IMG/VR virus record: IMGVR_UViG_3300028571_000020
Direction: 5' to 3' (one strand)
Length of the DNA stretch: 64,000 nt
From: an uncultured virus (IMG/VR IMGVR_UViG_3300028571_000020)
Taxonomy: Duplodnaviria > Heunggongvirae > Uroviricota > Caudoviricetes
In this document: positions 26,644 through 37,332 of the stretch, in pieces
How positions within the stretch are numbered: the stretch's first letter is position 1
Layout of the letters: each line of letters opens with the position of its first letter
The notes under the pieces: model-generated
The model's input: only the letters and a program-made list of their open reading frames with translations
Database searches by the model: none
Told to the model about the DNA's origin: nothing
Made by a program: the position numbers and the translations under genes

Positions 26644-27890
26644 TAGGTTTGACCGTCTGGTGGTGTCACCGCGATTCTGACGATGCTAGTCAGATCACCC
26701 GGTGCATAACTAGATTGTGCTCCGGTGAGGTCTGGAGCATCGAGGCTGCTCCAATAGACGAACTCGCCGTTGTCCACACGCACACCACGCATGGCGTACA
26801 CATAGCCGCCGAATGCTTGACCGAAGCGGACTTCAGCTGCGGAGCCCGTGCTGACCATCGGCACAGTAGAAGCCTGCCACGTCTGCGGGTCTTGTGACCT
26901 GCCATCGCCTGTCGCGAGCACCGTGAACGATGCCGTGGCTGGCGTCGGCGCTACTCCAAGTGCGTCGATCAGACCAGACGTCGTGAGCGTAAGCGACGCG
27001 CCATCCGTGAACGCGCTCAGAGTCAATGTCACACTGTCCCGGAACGTGCTGGGCGTGGCCAAGTCGACGGTAGCGCCGGGGATGCTGAAGTTGCCCGTGG
27101 TCGCGGTATTGAACATCGGCTTGCTGAACGTCACCAGCAGCTTGTTCAGACCCACAAAGACTGCAGAGACAACTCGCGGAGCCATTGAGCCTGTGTCCAT
27201 GCCCGCGCAATAGTGCCTGTAGATGTCGTCTTCAGAAAGAGCGCTGTCGTAAATGGCGATCTCCTGCACCCGCGCCTTCAACGCGGTGCCGGGGACAATT
27301 GAACCGGGGCTTGTGCCCACTAGCTTTATGCCGACTGTGCGGCGCGTCGACGGTGACAGCGTGTACGCACCCAGCGTGGAGAAGCTGGCCAAGAACCCGT
27401 TGATGTAAGTACGCTTCCTGCTTGCGGCTGCGTCAGCAGGATTCGAGCGCACGACCACATGCTTTAGCTCTCCGTAGCGCACGGAAATGGGGGGTGTATT
27501 TGCACTGTTGTTCGTATTCGGCATGATGCCATTGACGGGACCGCTTCCAAAAACCATATCCGCGCCGCTGCCTCCGAGACACACCACATAACCCAAGACG
27601 TTGTCGTCAGCCGGGTCGTCCAAGATCCAGAACTCAATCGTGCCGGGAAGTGAATTGGTCTGGGCCATAGTCGTGGCCGCGATTGCGTCCAAGAAATCCG
27701 TATCAAGTCCGGGGAACACTAGGCAGGGCTCCGCCGTCCCCGGCACGATGCTGGCCGCGTTCGTCAGCACAGAGCCGTTCACATTCATGAATCGTGTGTT
27801 ACCCGAAGAGTCCAGCACCTGACCCGTTGTGATGGTGCCGCGCCAGTACGCGTAAGGCGCTGACGCTAGAATGACATCTTGATAAGCCAT
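26643..27890 (-). CDS. LamG/concanavalin-like plus Ig-like virion protein
   Basis: YQDVILASAPYAYWR...TIEFW...KHVV...YING...QEIAIYDSALSEDDIYRHY, then APRVVSAVFVGLNKLLVTFSKPM. Confidence 0.8.
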   Translation of the reverse strand: MAYQDVILASAPYAYWRGTITTGQVLDSSGNTRFMNVNGSVLTNAASIVPGTAEPCLVFPGLDTDFLDAIAATTMAQTNSLPGTIEFWILDDPADDNVLGYVVCLGGSGADMVFGSGPVNGIMPNTNNSANTPPISVRYGELKHVVVRSNPADAAASRKRTYINGFLASFSTLGAYTLSPSTRRTVGIKLVGTSPGSIVPGTALKARVQEIAIYDSALSEDDIYRHYCAGMDTGSMAPRVVSAVFVGLNKLLVTFSKPMFNTATTGNFSIPGATVDLATPSTFRDSVTLTLSAFTDGASLTLTTSGLIDALGVAPTPATASFTVLATGDGRSQDPQTWQASTVPMVSTGSAAEVRFGQAFGGYVYAMRGVRVDNGEFVYWSSLDAPDLTGAQSSYAPGDLTSIVRIAVTPPDGQT

Positions 27891-27914
27891 AGTCGTTCAC
27901 CAGTCCTATCGAGA

Positions 27915-30113
27915 TCAGTTGATGGGGCCGATGGCGACAGTCGACGCTGGCAGGTTGTAGAAGATGTCCAAGCTCGTGCTGCGGATGACCAAGTACTGAA
28001 GGCCAGCACGGTCGGTGATGATTTCACCCGGCGTGCCCTCGACGTAGTACACACTCGGCAGCCTGCCCCGAACACCGAAGGTGGACAACGCCGCTACGTT
28101 GCCTTGGATGTTGATTGGCCAAAGCTGTTTGCGCGTGGTCACAGGCGTGCTCACGGCTCCCGACATGCTCACGTCGAAAGCCAGCGCCATATTGTACTGT
28201 GCCGCCTGACCATTCGGCTCAAAGCCGCCGACGCTCAACTGTGTCACAGCAAAGAAGCTGTCCCCGTAGAGGACGCAGTTCGAAGCGTCCGTCGTGACAA
28301 AGCTCGTGGCGCCTGTTGGGAGCGGCATGGCGCATGTGATTCCGACAGCCGTCGGAATGGCTCCGATTGTTGTTGCCTGCACAAGTCCAGTCGCGCGGTC
28401 GACAACGTTGATCTTGTCGCCGATGATGAACTGGCTGCTGTCATTCACAGCCAACGTGACGTAGCCAGCCAAAGCCGATGCCGTCAGATTTGCAAAGGCT
28501 GGCGGCTGGAAGCTGTTGAACTTCCCAAATCCGCCGAACCAGTTCTGCCCATTGATCGTGGTGACAACCAACACGCCATCGGCGTTACCCACAAACTTGT
28601 AGTCTGTGAGCAGCGCGCTGTGCGCTCGGATACGACAAGCGTAGTCGTTGACGAGCATGCTCACCCGGAAAGCGCTTGAGTGTCCAAGATCAAACATGGT
28701 CGTTGACCAACCTGCGCCGAGGTTCTGAAGATCGAGAACCCAAGCGTAGGTGTTTGTCGATGTGTCCTTGTAGTAAACAGTGCGCCTCTTATCCCAACAG
28801 AACAGTTGGGTACCTGCGGACGGCGTCACTGGCGCAGCTAGCGTCGACCATGTGTTGGCCTCCACGTTGTACCTATGAATGCAGCTACCAACGGTAGTCG
28901 TGTTGAGGTACCAAATCTCGTTGAAGTCTTGACCGGGAATGGCCCCGCGCTGAATGAAGAAAGGAGAATAGGTTACGCCTTGAGATAGCGAAGGGGCGAA
29001 CGGAATGGCAGCCAGTGTGGTCCAAGTGTTCGTGCTGATCGTGTAGCGCATGAACGTAGTCGTGCTCACGGCCACGGTCACATAGATGAAGTCGTTTCCA
29101 TCCCACACGACACCTGTTGATGCTCCGGCTGACCCCGTAGTCGGCGCTGCGGCTATGAACGCGGCAGTACCCGGAGCCAACAGGTCAAGAACCTCGAAGT
29201 ATGTGGCTGGCGTGGCGCTGATAGCCCAACTGATGGCCTTGAACTTTGCCGTTGGCAAGTCTACAAAGAAACCGAGCCCAGAGTTCGTGGACGATGCAGT
29301 AGTAACGGCATGATCCCTGACACTCTTGCCGAAGGTGTTCAGCGCAGTGAAGCGCAGCTTGAGCTGTGGGCCGCCAACGGCAGGTAATGGATTAGGCGCA
29401 CCGCTAAGCGGCCTTCCCATCATCGTTCCATACAAGTAGCCGCAGTTCTGACTGCTAAGCGCCGCGTCATTGTTGTTCCGTGCGTACAGGTCACCGATCA
29501 TATTCAGCGCGACGTAGGGAGTCTGCGTAGCCGTTTTCAGGTTTGGCCTGAACGCCACCACAGGATAGGGCACGGTCGAGTGTGGCGCCTGCAAGATCGT
29601 GGGGCCGAGCCGACCGGATTCATTCACGCCCACATGCGTGGTCGCATTCCAGAATGTGTAGCTCCGAACGTTCAGCCAATCGAGGGCGTTCTCAATATCG
29701 TTCACGGAGTTGTTCGTGGGGTAGCGCAGTGTCTTGACGACGGCAGCCGAACCACCCAAGGGATCCGTGATCGTCTCGCCGGGCGTGAAGAGCTTGGTGA
29801 TGTTGACGAGCGTGAGCGTACCCGTCGCACCAGCATCGGTCTGCGCCAGAATCAGCGCCTGCGCTCCGCTGGTCGCACCCGTGATGATCTGGCCAACCGT
29901 GAAGTTGCCCGTCTGCGTGCCGAAGTCGAGGAAGCGACCGTCGAGGGTAACGCGGATGTACATGTTCTGGTTGTTGTCCAGACCATCGGAGAAGTAGACC
30001 TTGTCGTTGATGCCAAGGTTGTCATGCAGCGTCCAACCGTTGGCGGTCATGAACGTGTTCAACGCGGCAAGCAGCAGCGTGGGTGAAGTCGTCGTACCTG
30101 ATGCAAACGCCAT
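27915..30113 (-). CDS. Virion protein with kelch-like propeller segment
   Basis: RYTISTNTWTTLAAIP and RYNVEANTWSTLAAP repeats. Confidence 0.7.
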   Translation of the reverse strand: MAFASGTTTSPTLLLAALNTFMTANGWTLHDNLGINDKVYFSDGLDNNQNMYIRVTLDGRFLDFGTQTGNFTVGQIITGATSGAQALILAQTDAGATGTLTLVNITKLFTPGETITDPLGGSAAVVKTLRYPTNNSVNDIENALDWLNVRSYTFWNATTHVGVNESGRLGPTILQAPHSTVPYPVVAFRPNLKTATQTPYVALNMIGDLYARNNNDAALSSQNCGYLYGTMMGRPLSGAPNPLPAVGGPQLKLRFTALNTFGKSVRDHAVTTASSTNSGLGFFVDLPTAKFKAISWAISATPATYFEVLDLLAPGTAAFIAAAPTTGSAGASTGVVWDGNDFIYVTVAVSTTTFMRYTISTNTWTTLAAIPFAPSLSQGVTYSPFFIQRGAIPGQDFNEIWYLNTTTVGSCIHRYNVEANTWSTLAAPVTPSAGTQLFCWDKRRTVYYKDTSTNTYAWVLDLQNLGAGWSTTMFDLGHSSAFRVSMLVNDYACRIRAHSALLTDYKFVGNADGVLVVTTINGQNWFGGFGKFNSFQPPAFANLTASALAGYVTLAVNDSSQFIIGDKINVVDRATGLVQATTIGAIPTAVGITCAMPLPTGATSFVTTDASNCVLYGDSFFAVTQLSVGGFEPNGQAAQYNMALAFDVSMSGAVSTPVTTRKQLWPINIQGNVAALSTFGVRGRLPSVYYVEGTPGEIITDRAGLQYLVIRSTSLDIFYNLPASTVAIGPIN

Positions 30114-30149
30114 GGTGTTCTCTCGTCGTCAAGGTGATGTTGCTAGAAG

Positions 30150-30989
30150 TCAGGCAGCTACGAGGCGTAGACCCGCCCACGAGCAAATCAGTCTGTCATT
30201 CACGGTCAAGCCGTTCAGGAGTTCAATGCGCAATTCATACAGCTTGGTTCCAACTGCAAGCGCGATTGCTGACGACTGTGTGGTTGGTGTAGTACCATTG
30301 TAGCTGTGACTGGCAACCTCAATATCGTCCGTGATATTGTGCAGCGTGATATCACCAAGCAGACCAGTATCGGAAAGTGCACCGACGGTAACGAAATCAG
30401 CTGACTCATAATCCACAGATGCAAGTGGAAAACTACCAGCAGCAATAACACCGGGCTGGTTTGTTGAGCGCCCACTGGAAAGCGTAACAAGGCTTGGCCC
30501 ACCGCCTCCAGCATCAACCCACAACGGGAGTGCCCCGCTGGGTTGCGAAGTAAGTACCATGTCAGCCGCATTGGGCGCAGCTGTAGCACTCCAGCGCTGA
30601 CCATCGAACACCAACATGCTGCCGCGTACTGAGTCGTTTGGCGAAAGGATTGGCCCACCGATTGTGGGCGCCGTTGGCGGGGTACTGGGCAAAACCCTTT
30701 GCTCGTTTACAAAACCACCAACCAAACCAGCCTGTGTAGCTGGAACAAGGTCTGCACTACCTCTCCAAGCGTCCATTGATGCATAAAGGGTTAGTTCATA
30801 GAGCGTTGGAGGGCTCATTGATACTGTAGTTGCCTCACCACTCACAGGGTCACGTGCAGTAACAGCAATAGACCCTGTGGTCCGACTACGTGCCCGAAGA
30901 GCAGTAGTTGCCGGGTTATTCAGTAGCCTTATCAGGGCCAATGTCTCTTGTGCTGCTGATGCCATCAGTGACTCACCAATCTTAGACAA
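30150..30989 (-). CDS. Putative fibre-associated protein
   Basis: GSMLVFDGQRW and VLTSQPSGALPLWV fibre-type segments; start uncertain (alternative ATG 30965). Confidence 0.6.
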   Translation of the reverse strand: MSKIGESLMASAAQETLALIRLLNNPATTALRARSRTTGSIAVTARDPVSGEATTVSMSPPTLYELTLYASMDAWRGSADLVPATQAGLVGGFVNEQRVLPSTPPTAPTIGGPILSPNDSVRGSMLVFDGQRWSATAAPNAADMVLTSQPSGALPLWVDAGGGGPSLVTLSSGRSTNQPGVIAAGSFPLASVDYESADFVTVGALSDTGLLGDITLHNITDDIEVASHSYNGTTPTTQSSAIALAVGTKLYELRIELLNGLTVNDRLICSWAGLRLVAA

Positions 30990-31033
30990 TCTTAGAAAAG
31001 GAAGGACAGCACCAAAATAGTGCCGTCAACTAT

Positions 31034-33757
31034 TCACAGGCGGTAGCGCATGCGGACACGACCCTGCACGTTGCTGGTAGTATTGCCAGCTGCCAACTGA
31101 TTGAGCACTGCCATCACATCACCAGCAGCAAAGTTGGTGTTCAGTGTTGTCGAACCACCAGACGTAGCAGTTGATGCAAGTGTAGCACCAGCAACACCAT
31201 TTGCTGCCACTACAAACGTAGCAGAGTCACTATCACTACGCATATAGCTCAAGCTGACAACAGTTCCGTTGTGCTCTGCACGCATACCGTTTGTGGAGGA
31301 CATGACTGCGCTGTCCATACCACGGTAGAAACCACCAGCCGCTGTATTACCGTTACGACCAAAGAACAATTCAACTGTTTCGACGCTGAGCCACTTGGAG
31401 CGTGCGCTATCGAAGTACATCTCCATATTCAGAACAGTGTTGAAGTACCTGTCGCCATTGGCGGGCGTAGGCGCCACAGGGTCTGTTGCAGCTGCTGGGT
31501 AGGTACGGCCCGCACCACCAACCAAAGTCGTACCAGAACGACGTACAATCTCACCGTCTGCGATGGCGCCAAGGGACAGTGCTTGACCACCGGACTCACG
31601 CAGCAAGTGGTCATGGTCGCTTCGTGCGAGCGTGGTTGCTGTACCTTCCGTGTTGGCAGCACCGATGCCTGTTGCAGGAGCGGCAGTGGTCACATCGTGC
31701 TTGTGGTCAGCACGAGCAGGTTCTGTGCTTGTACCAATGGCCGCTGCTGCCTTCGTCACACTGGCTGGAGCAGTGTTGCTCTGGTGGGTATGGTCAGAGC
31801 GAGCAAGCGTGGTTGCTGTACCTTCAGCAGACGTCGTACCAACACCACCAGCTGCAGGCGCTGCTGTGGTCACATCGTGCTTGTGGTCAGCACGGGCAGG
31901 CTCACCTGATGTACCAATGGCAGCGGCTGCCTTCGTCACACTGGCAGGAGCCGTGTTGCTCTGGTGGCTGTGGTCGCTTCGCGCAAGTGTCGTAGCCACG
32001 CCGTCAGCACTTGCTGTGCTGACGCCAGCTGCTGCAGGCGCTGCAGTTGTCACGTCGTGCTTGTGGTCTGAACGAGCAGCAGTTTCGCTCGTGCCGGTAG
32101 CTGCAGCAGCCTTCGTGACGTTAGCAGGAGTCGTGCTCGCTAGGGGGAAAGCACGCTTTGCGAACACCAAACTGTTGGTACCAACGACGGCACTTGGGTT
32201 GTTCGTGGTGCACAGCCAACCGGTATCAGCATTCGCTGATCCTTCTTGGACGTAGACAGAAACACCACCAGCAGACGCAGCAGTAGGAAGATCCGTCGTT
32301 CGGGTTGGTGCACCTGCAGCGTTGACAGTGTAGAGACCGTTTTCAATACCTGACGCCTGATCCTTGAGCAGGATACGGTCAGACGTTGCAACCACAACGC
32401 CGTCAACGGTCTGGCCGTTGGCGAATGAAGTAGCGAGGGTTCCGGCAGCTGCTGTTGCCACTCGAACGACATTTTTATGCGTCAAAGATGCCGCTGTCGC
32501 TGCTGTTTGACCGGCAATCGTTGTGCCGCTGCGTACGAACGTCTGCCCGTCCGCGACAGCACCCATCGTCAGGTTCTGACCACCAGATTCACGAATCTGG
32601 TGGTTGTGGTCGCTTCGTGCAAGCGTGGTCGCACTGCCTTCAGCATTGGAAGCACCAATACCTGTTGCAGGGGCAGCTGTTGTCACGTCATGCTTGTGGT
32701 CAGCACGTGCTGGCTCGCCAGAGGTACCGATAGCAGCTGCTGCCTTCGTAACAGCAGCAGGTGCCGTGTTGGACTGGTGGCTGTGGTCGCTTCGCGCAAG
32801 CGAAGTAGCCGAGCCCTCACCAGAAGCCGTTCCGACACCAGTTGCCGCAGGTGCAGCAGTCGTCACGTCGTGCTTGTGGTCCTCACGAGCGGCTCGCGAA
32901 CTGACACCGACCACGGCAGCAGATTTGGTCACATTGTCTGGTGCAACAGTGGCTAGCTGGAAGCTGCCGAACTGTGAGAAGATAAGAGCATCGGTCCCAA
33001 CCACGTCTGCGCCGACATTATTGTTGCAGATGTACCCTTTGTCTTGGGCGATAGTACCCTCTTCCACGTAGCAATAGACACCAGCAGCAGATGAGCCCGC
33101 CGCCATATCGAGTGAGCGCGTCCAAGCACCAGCAGCAACGATATAAATACCGTTCTGTGACCCCGTACCCTGATCCTTAACCAGCACGCGGTTCCCAGCG
33201 ATAACTGAGACACCGTCAATGGTTTGAGGAGCACTCAACGTAATGCTGACTGTTGTAGCCGCACGAACGCTGGCTTTGGGATCGAGGCCGTTGATGAGTG
33301 AGTCAACATAGCCTTTACTCGCTACGTCTGTGGACGTAGTGGGGAGGGCAATGTTGACGATCTTCGCCGCAGCCATGTCCAGTTCGTTCGAACCATTGAT
33401 GGTGATGGAGCTAGCGACGAGCGCCTTGCCTGTTGTATCGCCGAACTTGGGCACCTGATTGACGACCGCAGACGATGGTCCTGTAACACCAAGCTGGAGG
33501 TCCTGCTTGCTGGCAACACCAGTAATGTACAGCAACGACTGGGGCTTCGTGAGAAGACCAGTGCCGTCGTCGATCAGAATGTTGTTTGCTGTGACGGCGT
33601 CAAAAAGATCCTTTGACGCCTGCGTCTCATGCAGGTAGAAGAGGTCACTCAGCGTCAAGCTGCCAGAGGCTGGGACAACTGCACCAAGATCAGCTAGCGT
33701 AATATCGCCAGCGGTCTGGTTTGCTGCAATGACTGTTGGTCGTGCTGGGTGTGACAC
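31034..33757 (-). CDS. Long fibre protein with ten AR-x-D-H-x-H repeats
   Basis: GGAGG RBS before GTG; repeats ARADHKH/ARSDHSH; two copies of a QT(I/V)DGV...R(V/I)L(V/L)KDQ...NG(I/L)Y domain. Confidence 0.85.
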   Translation of the reverse strand: MSHPARPTVIAANQTAGDITLADLGAVVPASGSLTLSDLFYLHETQASKDLFDAVTANNILIDDGTGLLTKPQSLLYITGVASKQDLQLGVTGPSSAVVNQVPKFGDTTGKALVASSITINGSNELDMAAAKIVNIALPTTSTDVASKGYVDSLINGLDPKASVRAATTVSITLSAPQTIDGVSVIAGNRVLVKDQGTGSQNGIYIVAAGAWTRSLDMAAGSSAAGVYCYVEEGTIAQDKGYICNNNVGADVVGTDALIFSQFGSFQLATVAPDNVTKSAAVVGVSSRAAREDHKHDVTTAAPAATGVGTASGEGSATSLARSDHSHQSNTAPAAVTKAAAAIGTSGEPARADHKHDVTTAAPATGIGASNAEGSATTLARSDHNHQIRESGGQNLTMGAVADGQTFVRSGTTIAGQTAATAASLTHKNVVRVATAAAGTLATSFANGQTVDGVVVATSDRILLKDQASGIENGLYTVNAAGAPTRTTDLPTAASAGGVSVYVQEGSANADTGWLCTTNNPSAVVGTNSLVFAKRAFPLASTTPANVTKAAAATGTSETAARSDHKHDVTTAAPAAAGVSTASADGVATTLARSDHSHQSNTAPASVTKAAAAIGTSGEPARADHKHDVTTAAPAAGGVGTTSAEGTATTLARSDHTHQSNTAPASVTKAAAAIGTSTEPARADHKHDVTTAAPATGIGAANTEGTATTLARSDHDHLLRESGGQALSLGAIADGEIVRRSGTTLVGGAGRTYPAAATDPVAPTPANGDRYFNTVLNMEMYFDSARSKWLSVETVELFFGRNGNTAAGGFYRGMDSAVMSSTNGMRAEHNGTVVSLSYMRSDSDSATFVVAANGVAGATLASTATSGGSTTLNTNFAAGDVMAVLNQLAAGNTTSNVQGRVRMRYRL

Positions 33758-33799
33758 TCAATCCTCCGGATGTACCGTTAGAGTGTGTGTTCGCTTCGT

Positions 33800-34375
33800 C
33801 TATCTAAGACGGTAATGAACCACGATCTGGACGTTGGACGTAGCCACCAGCCCAGCTTTATTGCGGAAGCTCATCAAACCACTGCTGAAGTCAGCATTGA
33901 CTGTGTCATCTCGGACAACCCCGACCCCATTGGAGTTCAGTTCCGCGATCACGGCGCCATTGGCTAGGACCTCAAGCGTCGATGAACCGGCACTGGTCTT
34001 TGACCACGAAATGGATGTAAGAGTGCCCGTCCTGCACGGAAGACCACGTGTGGTCGCATCTAGCACCATACCGTCTTGGCCACGGTAGAATCCGCTGACT
34101 GCTGTTGCTCCGTTACGCCCACCAGCTAGGGAGTGACTCTCCGTGCTGAGCCACTTCGAACGTGATATATCATAGAACATCATCAGGCTGGTTGTCGTGT
34201 TGTACCATAGAACACTGCCATCGATGACAGCAGGTGCAACAGCACCAACTACAATGGGGCTTTCCGACAGGAGAGAAACACGAATGCGTCCCGCACCATC
34301 CAGTTCTGGAACAGAGAATCCACCCCCCTGCTTGCGGAAGGTCAGTAGACTCTGAATCCAGACAAGAGGATTCAC
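33800..34375 (-). CDS. Stand-alone paralogue of the C-terminal domain of the long fibre
   Basis: YDISRSKWLSTE...GRNGATAVSGFYRGQD versus FDSARSKWLSVE...GRNGNTAAGGFYRGMD. Confidence 0.8.
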   Translation of the reverse strand: MNPLVWIQSLLTFRKQGGGFSVPELDGAGRIRVSLLSESPIVVGAVAPAVIDGSVLWYNTTTSLMMFYDISRSKWLSTESHSLAGGRNGATAVSGFYRGQDGMVLDATTRGLPCRTGTLTSISWSKTSAGSSTLEVLANGAVIAELNSNGVGVVRDDTVNADFSSGLMSFRNKAGLVATSNVQIVVHYRLR

Positions 34376-35070
34376 GTTCTTGTCACCGTACTGAGTGTCG
34401 GAACACCAGCAGTAATGGTGATGGCACCAGTCAGAGTTTGATTGACAACACCAGCTACATCGCGTTGTCGGACGCGGAAGCTAGTCACCAGACCGTCGGA
34501 ATCTGCTGCTAGCATGTCAACGTCCCTGATTATGACCGCGCCTCCCACTTCTTGGGATCTCATGCTAGAGATGACTCCATCAGAGTCGAAAGTGGGCACG
34601 TCTTCATGGGTCGCATTTAACCCATGCACAAGTGTGTGCAGTGCTTCGTGCTGTGGTTCGGTTATGCCACCGCCCCCACCTCCACTCCCTCCACCAAGGA
34701 ATGTCCACAGTGGTCCTTCAACAGGAACAGTGCCAAGGCTCGGTGCCAATGCTACCCAAGAAGCCCCACCGTCTTGGACCACATCGTACATGACATACTG
34801 AACGGAAACATCCCAATCGTACCTGAACTTCAGTGAAGCTTCGCTGAAATCAACGACTGGGACTTCGATCTTATCGTTGATAGTGCTGCTCTCGATAACA
34901 GCATCAACCTGAAGCAAGCCCTTCTTGATGAGGGCCTGCATGGCAGGTGTGTCAACCTGCACCGCCTGCGTGATGACTTCGAGGTTTCGACCCGGCCTGA
35001 CAACACCGTGCAAAGGCGCTGGCAAATGCACCAAGGACTTCGTCGGATTATGGAATACCCACTTCGGCAT
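34372..35070 (-). CDS. Virion protein with shared N-terminal module and carbohydrate-binding-like segment
   Basis: GAGG RBS; WDVSVQYVMYDVVQDGGASWVAL...P.EGPLW resembles CBM5/12-type modules. Confidence 0.65.
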   Translation of the reverse strand: MPKWVFHNPTKSLVHLPAPLHGVVRPGRNLEVITQAVQVDTPAMQALIKKGLLQVDAVIESSTINDKIEVPVVDFSEASLKFRYDWDVSVQYVMYDVVQDGGASWVALAPSLGTVPVEGPLWTFLGGGSGGGGGGITEPQHEALHTLVHGLNATHEDVPTFDSDGVISSMRSQEVGGAVIIRDVDMLAADSDGLVTSFRVRQRDVAGVVNQTLTGAITITAGVPTLSTVTRT

Positions 35071-35142
35071 CGGTCACCTCAATCAAACCACGAGATCAAG
35101 GTTCAAAACCACCATCGTCAAAAACAGGGATACCCTACACAA

Positions 35143-37323
35143 CTACTGTGCGTTTCCACGAGCGTGAAGAACGAAGCCTTGAATGACCTCATTGATAGGT
35201 TGCCCAGAGGCATCTTCGAATCGAACCTTGACTGCGAAGCAGTTGCTGACTGAGCCAGCAACCAAGTTCAACTTGACGTCGAATGGTGGGTATGGACTGA
35301 ACGACCATGCATCCGTATTTGATGAAACATAGGTGGATGTGCTGCCATTGCTGTTGTACGTCGTCACGATGATCGACAGGTCACGAGGCAATGACGGGAA
35401 GAAATGCTGACCACGTGGGATGAGTCGCATCACCAGCGTGGCTGGGTTCAACTCCCTTACGAAGGGAATCTTCCTAGACATGTAGGACATCCGTGCACCG
35501 ATGCTATTACCCGGAAGTACAACAGGGCTCGTGTCACTACGTGGACTCATGACCCACATGGGATCAGCGAAGTCCTCCACGATAGTTGCACTGGTTAGCT
35601 CAGACGTCGAGAACTCCCCAGAACCTGTCATGAAGAATGAACCTGCTGGGCTCAAACCCCTGTTGGGTCCACCACGGCTGACGATGCGACGGTCCAGAGC
35701 GGCGCCTGAACCAGTTGCGTAGTCGGTGGTGACCTCAACACCAGTCCAATGGACCGATGCGAGAAGAAGGTCGTCCGTAATCTCGACGTCTTCGGGCACA
35801 TGCTCAGCGAACATGGACAGCGTGGTGTTGGGTCCGTCACCATTTCTGGTGAGCACTTGGATGTTCGTGACTGAAGCGAAGACAGTATCCGTGAACTTCC
35901 TCTGTGCAGCAGCCTCCGTGTACGAAGTCGACACAGCAGGCAACGGGCCAGTGAAGGCAACTTGCTCCACAGCAGGAGCGCCATCAGAGTCCACACCAGT
36001 GATCTGGATTCTGACCTCCGTCAGCGACGGGATGTAGTTGCTGATTGCAACACGAATACGAGTTGCAACGCGGGGCTGTGACGTGATAACAACGGAACCA
36101 GCACCGATTGTGTCCAGCTTCGTGTTGCAGTAGATGACGTCTGGACGCTTGTAGACCTTGCCGTCACTGCCGACCAAGATGTCGAAGCTCATGGGAATGA
36201 GACCAACATCCGTGAAGTACACACGTGGGTCGCTGAGTTCCGACAGGACAGAACCACCAGCAACGAGTAGCTCAGTCGCAGTAGGCTGCCCCATGTCGAT
36301 GACGTTGTTCCCTGCGAGCGAACCGGGGAGTGCACCAGCCTCCACCTTGGTGTAGTACACGACCAAGTCTGCTGGAAGGGCGAAGGACACTGGGTCATAG
36401 ACAGCTACGATGTTTCGACCACGCGGTACCCAAGCGGCCACTTCAGTTGTCGGGGAACTGAACAGGTTCGCCCTCAGCAGCTTCTCGGGCCAGAAACCGA
36501 TGTGAGCATAAGCGCAACCAGCAAGACCGGTAACACGGCCAGTCGTATCGACTGTGAAGGAACCAGCAGGGATGGTCTCAGTGCACAGAGCGCCAGCAAC
36601 CCTGCTCACTGACGCCGACTTGGAGAGCACAGCAGAGGGAGGACCAGCCATGACCTCCCACAGCGTGAAGTTCTTGTACGTCAGGTTCTCTGGGCTCGTC
36701 CCATGGGGATTGGTGCTGGTAACCAGACCATTCCCAACCATCGAACGATGCTGTGTATCTGTCGGTGTGAACCATGGTCGGGAGTACGTGTAGGTGTCGC
36801 GACCATTGTCGGCCACCAGCAAACCACTCTCCACATTGATAACACCCAGCACAACACTGAGTGCTTTCACTGCACTGCTTTGGGCATTGTAGGACGAGAC
36901 AGATTCAACAACGAGCATCTCCAGCGGCGTCCTATTGCGAACAGATGGACTTGCACTGAAGCTGTAGAATGGGTTCGCCTCTTTGTCTTCGCTTGCTACT
37001 TCACCGTATTCCAAGCGGACCAACTGTGAATCAACAGCAGAAGGGCTCACTGAGATGCCTGAGATGTCCCCAGATACCACGTCTACATACTCCCCATTGG
37101 GGAACACGACAGTACCAGCGCTCACACTGAATGTAGACGAGTTGAAATCCGTGACCACAGCACAAGCCGCAGCGTCAGAGTCAACATCCTTGCCGTCAGC
37201 TGACATAACGCCGTAAGCCCCAATGAGTTGGAGCCGACGCCGTAGCTCGGCCTCGTTGCTCGCCTCGTAGGCCATCTTCCTGTCAGCTGTCGTGTGGATT
37301 CTGTGCTGGAGCTTGAATGTCAT
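35143..37323 (-). CDS. Putative baseplate/tail structural protein
   Basis: 726 aa, beta-rich, GAGG RBS, NPHG motif, within the structural operon. Confidence 0.6.
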   Translation of the reverse strand: MTFKLQHRIHTTADRKMAYEASNEAELRRRLQLIGAYGVMSADGKDVDSDAAACAVVTDFNSSTFSVSAGTVVFPNGEYVDVVSGDISGISVSPSAVDSQLVRLEYGEVASEDKEANPFYSFSASPSVRNRTPLEMLVVESVSSYNAQSSAVKALSVVLGVINVESGLLVADNGRDTYTYSRPWFTPTDTQHRSMVGNGLVTSTNPHGTSPENLTYKNFTLWEVMAGPPSAVLSKSASVSRVAGALCTETIPAGSFTVDTTGRVTGLAGCAYAHIGFWPEKLLRANLFSSPTTEVAAWVPRGRNIVAVYDPVSFALPADLVVYYTKVEAGALPGSLAGNNVIDMGQPTATELLVAGGSVLSELSDPRVYFTDVGLIPMSFDILVGSDGKVYKRPDVIYCNTKLDTIGAGSVVITSQPRVATRIRVAISNYIPSLTEVRIQITGVDSDGAPAVEQVAFTGPLPAVSTSYTEAAAQRKFTDTVFASVTNIQVLTRNGDGPNTTLSMFAEHVPEDVEITDDLLLASVHWTGVEVTTDYATGSGAALDRRIVSRGGPNRGLSPAGSFFMTGSGEFSTSELTSATIVEDFADPMWVMSPRSDTSPVVLPGNSIGARMSYMSRKIPFVRELNPATLVMRLIPRGQHFFPSLPRDLSIIVTTYNSNGSTSTYVSSNTDAWSFSPYPPFDVKLNLVAGSVSNCFAVKVRFEDASGQPINEVIQGFVLHARGNAQ

Positions 37324-37332
37324 GTTGATTCC

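Noticed and set aside
31600..32900. Fibre repeats as DGR template/variable repeats
   Set aside because: All copies are in-frame coding, differences are not confined to adenines as far as I can see, and no reverse transcriptase is present in the window.
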